From NCBI RefSeq assembly GCF_009914755.1, contig NC_060947.1: a stretch of DNA of 64,000 bases. The stretch is one strand, 5' to 3'. The notes beneath the pieces were generated by a model. The model worked only from the letters and a program-made list of their open reading frames with translations, made no database searches and was not told the DNA's origin. Position numbers and translations under genes: made by a program. Shown in pieces: positions 13,225-30,455 of this stretch (positions within the stretch are counted from its first letter, which is position 1; every line of letters starts with the position of its first letter). The DNA comes from the human T2T-CHM13v2.0 reference genome, Homo sapiens.

Positions 13225-16200
13225 TCTGTTTTCTTCAGTGACCAGAGACACCTCTTCACACTTCTAGTATCCATCACCTGATAGAAATATTTCTTGAGCT
13301 TATTTTATAGCTCCAGTGGGCACACGTCTTTGTATAATTTATTCCGTGATTTGAGTCAAAAATATTGTTTGCTTTATTTTCTTAAAATGCCTTCTTTCAG
13401 GTTTCAAGCCTCACTATCATTCCAGAATTTTAAGACAAGGTTTGTGAATCCAGTCATTCAACATATTCAGTAAGCCATTACTTTGTGCCACTATTATCTC
13501 TACAGTCTGAGGAAACCCATTCTCTTTAGCATTGACCAACATAAAAACTGTCCATCCTCCTACACATTTGCAAACTGCATAAGATTCAAAGAGTAACTCT
13601 GAGCAAGGAGGAAACAAATGCTTTCCACCTTGTTTGCATGACTCTTTGATGATGCTGGACACCCCACTGATTTTTACTGCTTAAACAAAGGGTTAGCTAT
13701 TCAAGAATAACTTCTAGCTTCCTTTTGTATGTCAAAGCTGAAAACCAAAGTTCTTTTTTAAATTAAAACCAAATAGCTAGGAGTTCACCAGTTCCAATGA
13801 GGTTCGGCTTCTGCACTCCAATCATATTTATTAATATCTATAGCATTTCCTGGTCCATTCAATAACCTCCTTAATAAAACATTTCTGTTGTCCATACTCC
13901 TCAGCTCATCACTGCTCTCTGCTGAAAAGCTCCAATAAACCCAAGACTCTAAGTTCCATCCAGTACTGAAGTTTCATTTTAGGAAAGGTATTTCAAACTT
14001 TGCTAATATGAGTTTTTTTTAAAGAAAAAACAATTAAACTCATTCGGGGGCTTACATGTCAAAATGAAAATAGAGTCATGCTGTTTATTAACCAGTTTCC
14101 AAAGTGCTAAACCTAGATGAGATTGGAAAACTTTCAATCTCTGACTTTACAGAATAAACGCTTATAATACTTCAGAATGAATTGGAAATAGTGATTCTGC
14201 ATAAGAGAGACGATACTTGTAATATGTGGCACTAGCCAAAACCAAAAGACACAAAAACAGGAGACACCCTCAATTTGGATTGAGGTGTCCTGCAAAGGCT
14301 TGAGGCAATTCTTATACCAAACGTCCATATAAATCCCTCTGAATTCATTTTTCATTTATATACACCAACAAAAACGCTGAAGAGTAGAATACAATAACCA
14401 AATTGGATTTTAAAAGTTATTTCCTTTTAAAATAAGCAATCTGCTCTAATTGTGAAAGCAAAACTCTTAGATAAAATTTTTCCTAAATACAAAAAATGTT
14501 TCCTAAATACAACACTAAGCTCTACAGGATGGTTTCTCTGGACCCCTTGCCCAGGGTCAAGTGAAGTTAGGAAAATGGAGTTTCAAGGAAAATAACATTT
14601 ACAAAATATTTTCAAGAAGAATGAAAACAAAACATTCTCTGATCAACACACAGATAATAGAAAATTCCACAACAGACTATCCTGTCCTTGTACATTTTGA
14701 TTGGTTGTATGTTTGCTCTATTTATAAATAATGTTATGATCTTTCATTTTAAAAAGATAGCATCTATGTTTACGAAAAAGATGGTTGGTCAGTTCTTGTA
14801 CTTTTTTATACCATGATAAGAAAAAAAAAAAAACCCCTAAGAAGAAAAAGTCAAACAAACCTTTTATGGTTTCAGTTCACAGACATTACTGCCAACCTTG
14901 TTTTAATCAACTGGTTGCTCTTGCTTACTGGACATCTATGGTATTTCTTCAATGCAAAACAACGAGCAAGCTCATCTGCCAAGAACTCCCCCCAGGAGGC
15001 CAGTGGAAAAGAAGCCATACTTGTAAGAATTCTAAAGGAAACAAGAACTTTGTAAGGGTAAACGGAGTTACTTCCGAATTTCCCTAAGGGAATCCTTATT
15101 GTGACCGCTTCAGCTGCCTTTTGTATTAAAGCAACCTTTAAATAGCTCTCCTTCTACTTATATTCCTCCTAAATTCACTATTGTTACTCATTATGAGTTC
15201 ACCAATATTAGTCAGCACAAGTCAGTTAGTCACCATATTTTTTAAACCACCAAGCCCACCCACCCCAACCAACTTCTGGTTTTCCCTTCCCTTCGGTATT
15301 TTGCAACATTTGAGAAGATGAGTAACTATACCCAAGAAATGCTGCTGGGCTTCTTCTGTTTGCTTGTGGTCTAAACAGTGACCATATCTCCATTAAAAAA
15401 AGGAATGCAACTCTTCACAACTCTTTCCAGCCACTTTCTTCTCTCGTGAGAAGGTAATACCTGGGATTTAGGGAGTTACCTTCAGATTAAAAATTTATTC
15501 CGCATATTTTGCTTGGCCATCATTTCTCTTAAACTTATTTAGTAACAGGTCACACAGTCAAATTCATTTCTTTATCCAAACAATAAATAGGCAAATGGGC
15601 ACCATTCTTTCTTTTGAAAGACCCTAGTCTATGGTTTCTGTCAATCACAAATAAGAAATGAAAAATGATCCTGGAAACTATGGCCTGTGTTGGCCTTCAA
15701 ACTTATCTGTCAATTGAGGTCCTACACAAACAGCCCCAACATATCTTCTCTATCTGGCAAGACTTTCACAAATCCGCCATCACTATAACATGCTTGCTGG
15801 ATTGAAAGAAAAAGCCTCCTTGCTCTGGGCAATTCACAGGGGCCTTGAAAGTTCCCCTGCCCCTCTGTCCATCCATCCCCAACCACCTGAAACCAAAGGC
15901 TCCTCGAGAAACAGAACTGGAAATGGAAATGGAAATGGAAAACTTCCCTAACCACCGTGACTACCAGCCACTTCCTGCTCTCTGGACTCACAGTGCACTG
16001 ACATCTCATCCTTCCTAACCCACCATGTACCCACATCTTCCCTTCCCTACTCAACAGTTTGCTCCTTCCAGAGATTCTACCCTGAAGTTTCTCTGTTTTA
16101 CCCACAACACCTGGCATTTGGATGAACATACTAAATGTCTGCAAAGCCAAACCTCCTTCATTTTTTAAAGGTAGGACATCCGAGACCCAGGGCAAATTCT

Positions 16201-16794
16201 TGTCCTACCCATGTGTGGGTTTCATTCAAGCAACCTGGAATAGCAGTGGTGTATAACTAAAATAAATAGCACAAAGGAGAATTCCCCCAGAGAACCAGTA
16301 ATCACCATCTGCACCTCCTAATGAGCATGACAAATGTGTCCCTCACAATACTAAGGTAATCTGCCACTTCATAGGGACCTTTTCTTCCACATGGACAAAT
16401 GCCACCATGAATTGCCATGGAATTGTCTATTTGGCCTTTACAGAGTGGCTGCATTGAACTAAGAGAGGGGTTTTGCTTGCTATGCAACATTGGGTGTAGA
16501 CTTTCTCCTTGAATTTCTTATGAAAAGGAAAGATGGAAGAAAGTGGTTGTCAACATGCAAAAGTTTTTTAACTAGCCATTCACATTGGAATATGGAAAAA
16601 ATCTTCACCTATTAATTGCTATACTTTCTCTCTCTTGTGTGTGTGTGAGGAGGGAGGAGGTGAGAGAACCAAGAGAAGAGCCAGGAACGATAAGGGAACA
16701 AACTTCATATTAGAGTAAACGTGATTTTTCCAATACGCTCATAGTATGCTATCATTCCCAATTACCTTCCCAACTGCACTTCTCATATAATGTA

Positions 16795-17158
16795 TTTGGG
16801 AGGCCGAGGCAGGCAGATCACTTGAATCAGGAGTTCAAGACCAGCCCGGCCAACATGGTGAAACTCCGTCTCTACCAAAACTATAAAAATTAGCTGGGCA
16901 TGGTGGCAGGTGCCTGTAATCCCAGCTACTCGGGAGGCTGAGGCAGGAGAATCGCTTGAACCCGGGAGGCAGATGCTGCAGTGAGCCAAGATCACGCACC
17001 GTACTCCAGCCTGGGTGACAGAGTGAGACTCTGCCACAAAAAAAAAAAAAAAAAAAATACCAGTACTTTGGGAGGCTGAGGAGGGAGGATCGCTTGAGGC
17101 CAGGAGCTCAAGACCAGCCTGGGCAACATAACAAGACTCCATCTCTATTAAAAAAAAA
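16795..17158 (+). mobile_element. 5'-truncated AluS followed by a partial left monomer
   Basis: Begins at TTTGGGAGGCC; A tail to about 17057; then CCAGTACTTTGGGAGG...CCATCTCT and an A run. Confidence 0.9.
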
Positions 17159-18959
17159 TTATATATATCTCCATACCATAAGTATTTTGAATGAGAAAAA
17201 TTAATTATGTATCATTATTTGTTATAAAGTATTAATTTTTTTAAACTTTATTTTTTAGGTGGTAGGCATATGTGTTCACTGTAAAATCTTTCAACTTTGC
17301 TGTAGACTTGAAGATGTTCATAAAAAATAGGAGGAAAAACTTATTTTTTGAAGTCGTATACACACAAAAATAGGGATTGTCAAAAGTCTCTTTAAAGTAT
17401 TTCTCCATGTCTCCAAATTGGCCTCAACAAAGCAAGGAGTCCTTGGCTTCCACCTGCCTTCCAAAGGGATCCCTCACTTTGGGGAAAAGATTTGCCAAGG
17501 CCCTCACCTGACACACACCTGAGAAACAGCTGACTGCCCTGACAGTTGGCAGGGCTTAAGCGTGCAACTCCTCCCCAGCATTCTGTAGTGTAAAGGACAG
17601 GACCAGCTGTCACTGCTGTAAAATGGTGCACCTGGTCCTCCCTCTGCATCCCATACTCAACTCAAGTGTGTCCGAGGGTCTGGGGCCTGGGGCCACAAGG
17701 AAGCCACATTCTACAGAACGCAAGTACTTCCCCAGGCACTTCAGACTTGTCTGTCAGCTTTTTCTGAAGCTTTTCTGGGGGAAAAAAGAAAAAAAAAATC
17801 TTTTTCTGAAGCTTTTCTCCTCTCCAGCCAGTCAGCTGCACACTGTCTTGCTTTCCGGAGGACATCAAAGAAGCAGAGAAAGGCAAAGCATTCCCTGACT
17901 CCCCTTAACTCCGGGCAAGATAGAGACATTTTTAGTGCTGTAGTGGAGACCACACACTCTACACCACATCCCAGCTCACAGACGGGCCGTAGCCAACTAC
18001 AGGAAAAGTTAAAGAGAAGCTCCCACCCTGGGTTGCTTCTCACCCTTATCCAGGAATCCTAAGGGACGGGGAGGAGAAAAAGGCTCATTCTCACAGCTTG
18101 TACCTGCCAAAGACAGGCAATCACTAACACTGCAGCATCTTTGAGGACAAGGACCCCAGCCACTCTCAAAATCTGGCCTCTCCAGCTGTCTCATCATTTT
18201 GCTCTCAGGAAAAAACAAAGTTGAGAAAAAGTGAAAGTAACACTACGCATTTCAGATTCTCCCTATCAGATTCTACCCCAACCACGTGTTCTTTCAAGTC
18301 AAATCTTTGTCTTCGGGTTCTCTGGCAGCACTTCTTAGACTAAAGCCAGACCACAGAGCGTATTGCTGGTGTGGTTTTGCTTTAGCCAGAACTGCTGCTT
18401 CAACTCTGAGTGGAGCTGGAATCCATATAGAAGCTGATCTGTGAGAAAAACCCACAAAGTCCAATGGGAAAACCCATTAACTAACCTTAATGATCTCATA
18501 GGTCATCCATCCTTTCACGGCTCCGACAGCTCCTTTCTCGCCCCACCCCCTTTTCCCCTTATCTCTTCCCTCTAGACATTCTATGGAAGCACAGACAACT
18601 TTAGGAGAAAATGCCAACTTTATCAAGCTCTCCAGTGAACACTTGAGCACGTGCCTTAGTCTGTACCCCTAAGGGACAGTCTCAGAGACTGTAATACTAA
18701 GAGAGAGCCAGATGGGGTATATGAGGAGGAGGGTTTTGGATTTTGAAGGAGTGCAAACCTAAATTGCTTGTACTAGAATTTCAGTGGAGGAAATTCCACG
18801 TTTTGCAAGTATGAAAGTCTGATATTAAATATCACAAACAAAAATTCCATTTCTTAGCGTACATGTCTCAGATTTAATTTCTCTATGTTCTCTGTGGTTT
18901 GGTTGTTTTACCTCCCAAGAAAAGCTTTCGTGAGACCACTCTTTACAAAAAGACAAACT

Positions 18960-19365
18960 GCCTTCACAGATGAATGGGTAAACAAAATGTGGTATATGTA
19001 CATAATGGAATACTATTCGGCCTTAAAAATAAGGAAATCTTGTCATCTGCTATAACATGGATGAACCTGTTGGACATAAAGTTACATGAAATAAGCCAGA
19101 CACAGAAAGACAACTGCTGCATGATTCCCTTTATATGGGGTATCTAAAGTATTCAAACTCTTAACAGAAAGTACAATGGTGGTTGTCAGGGGCTGCAGGG
19201 GAGAGGAAAATGGGGAGTTGTTCAATATACTTTCGGTTTTGCAAGATGAAAAAGTTCCAGAGATCTGTTGCGCAACACCGTGAATATATTAACACTACTA
19301 TACTGTACACTTAAAAATGCTTAAGGTGGGAAATTTTATGATATGTTTTTTGCCACAGTTTAAAA
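18960..19365 (+). mobile_element. L1MB 3' end
   Basis: GATGAATGGGTAAACAAAATGTGGTATAT...GTTTTGCAAGATGAAAAAGTT...CTGTACACTTAAAAATG. Confidence 0.85.
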
Positions 19366-20348
19366 GGTACCACCTTCATGCTACATTTTGGATACTCTAA
19401 ATCGCCAAGTCAGCATTTTGATATTTAAAAATAAAGCAAATATTTGGGTGACTTATATCTTAACTGAAAATGAAAACCCTAAAATTAAATTGCTTTGAAG
19501 ATTCAAAAAGGATAATTAAGAAGCACTTGAAACCATTGCTTGAGCCAAACCTTGTCATTTTAAGCATGCATGACATTTTCATAGCAGGAAGGGTCCTGGC
19601 ATTCTTCTCAAATGGTATGTGTGGTATGCTGAATCGGCTTCTAAATCAAACGAGGCTGCTGATATGTAGCCTTTTAGCAAAAGAAGGATATATCACAAGA
19701 CAGCCTTAGAGACTGAACACTGTGGCTATTATAACAAAGCGGCAAAATGAATCATTCATGCGTAGAGGGAGTATACAAGCATTACTAGCTACGGCTACTT
19801 TTTGAATGGTTCCCGCACCGGTTCCCCCTCTACCAAACCTCTCTTTACTCTCTCATTACTGTAAACACTAATCCATCATCCGTTCCTCTGAAACGTAGAA
19901 GTTTCTCTAAGGAGACAACATTTGTAGAAACAATAACTCTTAAGTTGAAAGAGCAAAGTGGCAAGGCAAACTTATTCACACAGCCTTCCGTTTAGAAAAG
20001 CTAAACTCAAAGGAAACTGCACAGTTCTAAAGCTCGTGATTTCAACTTTCCACTGTAAGAATTATAATGTAAGGGAAAGAATTGGAATGCTGAAGACTAT
20101 TTCCCCTATAACAGAAATCTGATGAACATTTCTGTAACTTGGCTATGGAGATTAAAAAACAAGTACTATATAACTGAATTTCCCAATAGCTCATGACTCC
20201 TTAGCTTTTGGGATCTATGATTCAGAACATTCTCCTTTTGCATTTCACCAGAGGCATTAGTGAGGTATGTGAAAACATGAACAAGATAGGAAATATATTT
20301 GCATAGTTTCTGTATGATTTGCATACTCCTCCACAAACTGTAATCTAT

Positions 20349-20354
<6 letters not shown>

Positions 20355-20395
<41 letters not shown>
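20355..20395. repeat. (CA)20 microsatellite
   Basis: Seen directly. Confidence 0.97.
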
Positions 20396-20398
<3 letters not shown>

Positions 20399-20957
20399 GA
20401 GTAAAGGTTAGTTTCTGAACGCCATAAGGCATGCCATGATTTTTCTTACTTCTGCCCCCGTCTCAATTAATTTGTACCTAATGCCACTATCACTGACACA
20501 GAGTACCATCTTAGAGGTACAGGAGATGAAAAACCAAGGAGAAGCAACCCTGTGAGGCTTTGTCCAGGGCAAGCCTTCAGTGCACATACTGGCCTAAGAA
20601 AGGCTGCGGTAGGTACATACCCAGGCACATTCTGGCAGGGGTCTGAGAAATAAAGGAGAGAGAACAGAACTGAACTGCAACGTCATGGTTCAAGCAATAA
20701 TCTGTGTCCCAAGCTATAATCAGCAAAGTCTCCCAAATTCACATGCTGTTGAGCAAAAGAGAGGCCTTAACTATGAAGTGTGCAAGGCCTGGCCCTGCCC
20801 TTCTCATCCCTCCTCATCCAAAGGCCCCCTCCTTGCTCATACTTCATCACCCATCTTCTCCAAATCTAGTCATAGGAGCTGCTACTAAATGACTCTACAT
20901 GGTACTTGTTCAGGGAAGTTGAAGCTCTTGTCCTCTCGGGAGTGTGTTCCTGTTTTA

Positions 20958-21276
<319 letters not shown>

Positions 21277-23049
21277 GCATCAAAAATCTTCCATCAAGAA
21301 AGACAGAAGCCCTGGGTGAGGACTCCTAGGGGCCAGAGACAACTGCTCCCGATGGCCAAAGCCTGTTCCCACCCCCTGAGCAGCACCAGGCTCCTGACAA
21401 CAGCCCTGATGCACAAGTGGCAGGGCTGACATGAATGAACTGCTTCTTTCTGGTACTGTGCAGTCATGTACACCCCCCACCCAACCCCGTAAACTTCTTC
21501 CCCCTCTCAAATCAGGCTGGGTGTGCCACATGGTGATGTGAACAGAGTACCTGGGATCCTCAGACCAGAGGTTCAAACTCAACACCAAAGCAGACAGCAG
21601 GGCCTCCTCAAACCAGCCCTCTCCCGTCCCTGTCTAAATAAAGGAACACAAGAAACACATTTAACAACTCTTAGAATGACCTGGCCCCTCTAGCTTTCTA
21701 GTGACCCGACACTAATACAAGACACTGCTATAAACAGTTCCAGAATTAGAATCAGCATCTGTATCTTGAAGCTGCAAAGAGAGAAGGGAAGCTTTGATTG
21801 GGTGTCCTTTGGGACATTATTTAGATCTAAGTGGCCAGGAAGAGGCACACTGTGCACATAAAACTGACTACAAGAATTAGGGACAATCCCAACTATTAAT
21901 AGCCAACATTCCCTACAGGAGGGAAAAAAACAGGGAGGGGAGGCAAGGAAAGTGAAGGTAATACCAATTATCCATTATTGTGTAAATGACATAACTTCAG
22001 GCTTCACTTTCCTCACTACAACTTAGAGAATTCGCAGATTATCTCGGGGATAACTTACACTTATATAATGGTGGGTGACTACGGGCTTTATGGGTCCAAC
22101 CCAGAGACCTAATTCAGAATTGTGGTAACCCACCCCACACACCATCTCTTCCCTCCCCACCTGCCCAAGAGACGGCCAAACCCCACAATTAGACAAAGGA
22201 AAAAGGAACAAAGAAAAATGAAGGACAAAGAATACTATGGTCAAGCTTAAACCACACATGGCCAGCAGAGATATTTTAAAGAGAAGACGGGAGAAAAAAA
22301 GAAAAGAGGGGAAAAAAGAAACCGAAGAGGCCACCATGCCAGGGACTTCACAAGGGACAGAGGATAAACATGGGTGTAGAAGAGGCCTTCCCCTTATCCC
22401 GAAAAAATGAAGAGTTGCACTGTTTTGTGGCCAACCCCACTTACCACCTGCCCTTTCTCATATTCTTCCACATGCAAAAGTGCTTGGAAAACTTTAAACC
22501 AGCCACTACATGACACAGTTTGACTTTTACTATATCTCTCAGTCCCCAATGCTAACTACCCTAAGAATATGATTGAGGCTGATTAAAGTCCAATAAGAAT
22601 ATGCTAAATAATCACTCCCTTGTATGTATCTTCAACTCCCTTTCCACTACCTCACTTTGTCATCCTTGCCTGGCAAGACCAAATCCCTGCTTAAATCCAG
22701 TTCTTTGTCAACACCACGTCTGCACCCACTCGGTCCATAGTGATAGGAGAAAAACATACCCCCACACCAACTACTCACTTTATATTCATGGCCACCAAAC
22801 TCAAATGGGCCCTGAGTGCTTTCTGATGATCATGATACATTTTACTGGCTCAATTACTCTCAGATTCTCCCCAATGACTATTTCATACACATGGCTCTCC
22901 TCATATCTCTGATGCCTCCTCGTTATCCTCACACTCGGCTTATCTTCCTGTTTCACTGAAATACCAGGCACAGTCAGAACAGACTTTCCACAAGTGCCCC
23001 CCCCCCGCCCCCGCCCACCCATCGCATCTGTCCTCCTAGCTACATCTGT

Positions 23050-23440
23050 GCCTTTATCACTCAAGACAGGCCAGCTTATGCTCTAACAACAACCACTACA
23101 ACCCTCAGGAGCTTAACGACAAAAGACAGTAAATGTTCATCATGGTCAGCTGAGGGATCTGCTCTACACTGCCCTTACTCAGGGATGCAGGTTGATTGAT
23201 AATCAGCCAGATTCTGGAACATCACCAGTCACCATGGCATAAAGGAAAATAACTTTTGAAGATGTTTACACTGACAATTAAATGCTATAGCACAGAAATA
23301 CGTGTCATTTAACACAATTCACCAGCCACAACCAGTTACATGATCCCAGCAAGCCATCAGAAGCCAGGAAGAAGAGTCCTACCATATGCCCACAAGTCAG
23401 AGAGTTGAACAGCTTTGACATTAGTGCTAATGACTTCCAA
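23050..23440 (-). mobile_element. Old MLT1 (J/K/L-like) MaLR LTR
   Basis: CTTACTCAGGGATGCAGGTTGA...CCAGTTACATGATCCCAG...AGTCCTACCATATGCCCA resembles antisense MLT1K. Confidence 0.55.
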
Positions 23441-23650
23441 AGTGCCCACATACTCTACCTTTTCTCCTGTGAATATACTGTACTCCTAGCTAAGGCCAAC
23501 CCACTCATGTGCTAGGATCCTTCTTGCCTCCTGAAACATAGCAATTCTACAACTGGCTTCTCTGTCTCCTGTCTCATAAATATTTGTCTCTCTACTGAAT
23601 CATTCTTAGCATATAATCATTACAATTACTTACCTTAAAAAACAAAAACT

Positions 23651-23936
23651 GGCTGGGTGTGTTGGCTTATGCCTGTAATCCCAGCAATTTGGGAGGCTGA
23701 GGTGGGCAGATCACGTAAGCCCAGGAATTTGAGACCAGCCTGGCCAACACAGGGAGACCCCATCTCTACAAAAAAAAAAAAAATTAGCCGGGCATGTTGG
23801 TACATGCTTGTAGTCCCAGCTACTTGCAGGGCTGAGGTGGGAGGATTGCTTGGGTGCAGGAGTCCAAGACTGCAGTGAGCCATGTTTGTGCCACTGCACT
23901 CCAGCCTAGGCAACAAAGAAAGTCCCTGTCTCAAAA

Positions 23937-23967
<31 letters not shown>

Positions 23968-23968
23968 C
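23651..23968 (+). mobile_element. AluJ
   Basis: Full dimer with (AAAAC)n tail. Confidence 0.92.
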
Positions 23969-24360
23969 ACTAAAAGCTTCACCTCATGTCCCCTTCCAGT
24001 TACACTCCTATTTCTCTGTTCCTGTCAACAGTGAATTTCCTTTCAGAGAGTTGCTACATTCACTCTAATTCCCCTACCCCACATTCTCTTGAACTCACTC
24101 CAATAAAGAGTATCCCCTTCTGTATTAGTCCGTTCTTGCATTGCTATAAATAAATACATGAGACTGGATAATTTATAAAGAAAAGAGATTTAATTGACTC
24201 ACAGTCAATCTGCAGGCTGTACAAGAAGCATGATGCTGGCATCTGCTCAGCTTCTGTGGAGGCCTCAAGAAACTTACAATAATGGCAGAAGGCGAAGGAG
24301 AAGCAGGCACAACTTACACGGCCAGAGCAGAAAGAAGAGGAGGGAGGAGGTGCTATATAC

Positions 24361-25967
<1,607 letters not shown>

Positions 25968-27323
25968 GTGCTATACACTTTTAAACCACCAAACCTCATG
26001 AGAACTCTATCTTGAGAACAGCACCAAAGGGATGTTGCTAGACCATTCATGAAGGATCCACCCCCAAGATCCAATCACTTCCCACCAGGCCCCACCTCCA
26101 ACATTGGGGATTACAATTCAATATTAGATTTGGGTGGGGACACAGATCCAAACCATGTCACCTTCCCACCATCCCTTCACCAAAACAGGTTAAGGTCTCC
26201 CAAGACCTCTACCTTCCTACAGCCAATGGCTAAGTTTCAGACCTTATAGTATCCAAACTATCAGCTACATTCAACATAACTGCACACTTCAATTCTTAAA
26301 ACATTTTTATACTTGACTCCAAGACATTTGGTTCTCCTCCTACTTTCCTGGGCACAGCTGCTCAGTCTCTTTTATTTGTTCTTTCTATGCTCATTTACTA
26401 CCAACAGTAGGGTATCCCAGGGGTCAGTCAGTGCTCACACCACTCCTCTTCTTGGCTATACTCCTAACATCATTTGAGCTCATGATTTTGAGTGCTATAT
26501 CTATGCACTGATGACTCCCAAATGTGTATCTTGGGCCTGGATGGCCACACTGAGAAATATTCGGCTATCCAATGAAGTATGAAGTATCACCACTTTCATG
26601 TTTCAGATTTGTAGAATTTTGTTAAGAATTAATGACTCAACTTGAAAAATCATCCAGTCCAATCACGTATTTTAGAAGTAAAGAACCCAAGGTTCCTAGA
26701 AATAAACTAATTTCCCAAAGATTAAAAAGGGGACTTGTCACCGGATGCTTTCAACCACCTCCCTACCTTCATTAAAAAGCATAATACTGTAGGGCATCCC
26801 AAAGATGAAAATAAAGAGGGAAGTATAACAAACAGTAAATTAAGACAATAACAAACTTAAGTATGTTTCTAATAAAGTTAAAATGGAAAAGAACTGGAGT
26901 AAGTAAAAAGAAATTCATAAAGCCCTAACAGACTAATAAGAGATGACTTTACCTACTCGTGGAGTTTTTCAGGTCATTCTAGCAAGGACTCAACTTCATT
27001 CTCAAGACATTCCATCCATAGCCTAAATACCAGAAAGGGATGTTAACAGGGTAGGTGGTTTGGGTCTCTGGGGCTGGCCAACTCATAAGAGAGCTTGAAA
27101 GAGCTGCAGCATTTCTAAGAATGATTCTTCCCAAGTAGGGCTACCAATTGATCATCTCACTACCTCACCTCACTTTGTTTCATGTTTTCTATTTCCCAGC
27201 AGCACAGCAAGGTTAAATTTCACAGCAAAAGACACACCTCCTCTTTCATATCCAAATGGACAGCTTACTAAGAATTTGAAAGCTGATGGGGAACAAGGTA
27301 AAGCTCAGTTAATATGCCTAAGC

Positions 27324-27646
<323 letters not shown>

Positions 27647-27949
27647 TCACCCTGCATGCCATTTCACAGGACTCGGATCAACTTCTTATGGTGCAAGGCA
27701 TCATTTCCAAGCTAGTGACAATACTGTGGCATAGATAAATGTACTGACAGGCATTTATGCATTTAATCATACCAAATTTAACTATCCCAACAAATTAACT
27801 CACAAGTTTAAATTCAACATATTTAACTATTCTTGCCCTGTGTTTCCTTGTATGAAAAATGAGGTGACTGGACCAGACCATTTTTAGTAACTCCTCCCAC
27901 ATAATTCTTACCCAGGAGGAATATGAACTGCTTTGATAAAGCTATGGCT

Positions 27950-28250
27950 GGCCGGCCGCAGTGGCTCACGCCTGTAACTGAGGCTGGTAGATGGTTTGAG
28001 CCTAGGAGTTTGAGACCAGCCTGGGCAACAAAGTGAAACCCCGGTCTCCACAAAAAGCACAAAAATTAGCTGGACGTGGTGGTGCACTCCTGTAGTCCCC
28101 AGCTATTTGGGAGGCTGTGAGGTGGGACAATCACTTGAGTCTGGGAGTTTGAGGCGGAAGTGACCTATGATTGTGCCACTGCACTCTGGCCTGGGCGGCA
28201 GAGTGAGACCCTGTCTCTATTAAAAAAAAAAAAAAAGAAGAAGAAAAAGA
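27950..28250 (+). mobile_element. AluJ with short left-arm deletion
   Basis: Dimer; TSD AAAGCTATGGC. Confidence 0.9.
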
Positions 28251-28396
28251 AAAGCTATGGCCTATGTAGTCCCTAGGATGCTCTAATGGTCCATGAATGT
28301 AAAGTAGTTTAGATGATGAGGCAAGACGCAGAAAGCCCACCTTGTCCAGAACAGATATTAAACTAGGGGTATGACAAATTAAATTAATATAAATTG

Positions 28397-28733
<337 letters not shown>

Positions 28734-29172
28734 TAAACACGAATCCAACTTCTGGGATGGAAACAAAGCTACCTAGAACGGGAAATATGTATTTTAGAAA
28801 ATGAGAATAGCTTAAAAAGCTCAGTTCCTATCTCAAGACATTAAGAAAAGCAAAATAAACCTAAAGAAAATAAAAAGAAGGAAATAATAAGAGCAGAAAT
28901 GAAATAGAAAATGAGGATAAAATAAAGATGATCAACAAAGGCATAAGTAGGCCATTTGAGAGGATTAATATGCCAAATCTTTGATGAAGACTGATGAATA
29001 AAACAGAGATAAAGATACATAACTGCACATTGTAAAGATAATCAAAAAGCATATTTCAATCAACTTTATATCAAAAAGTTTTAAATTTTGGACAAATTGG
29101 GTAAATTCTCAAGAATGTACAACTTAACTGTCACAAAAAATGTAAAATCTGAATAGTCCTATAAGAAACTGA

Positions 29173-29795
<623 letters not shown>

Positions 29796-30010
29796 TTAGA
29801 ATCTTCCTATAGTAAAAAAGTAAACTGTATGTCCAGATGGCTTCACCAACAAGTTCTAAGGAAACAATAACACTCCACACAAAGACTTGAGAATAAATTA
29901 TACAAACACTGTCAGAGAACAGGAGCAAAGGGCACCTTTCCTAGCTTAGAGTTTAGAATGTGTTCAGTACAAAAACACAACTAGAACTGAACAAGAACTG
30001 AAAACTATAG

Positions 30011-30455
<445 letters not shown>

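Noticed and set aside
17508-17518. 11-nt microexon-like cag|GTGTGTGTCAG|gtgagg on -
   Set aside because: Short pyrimidine tract, not a multiple of 3, no other support.
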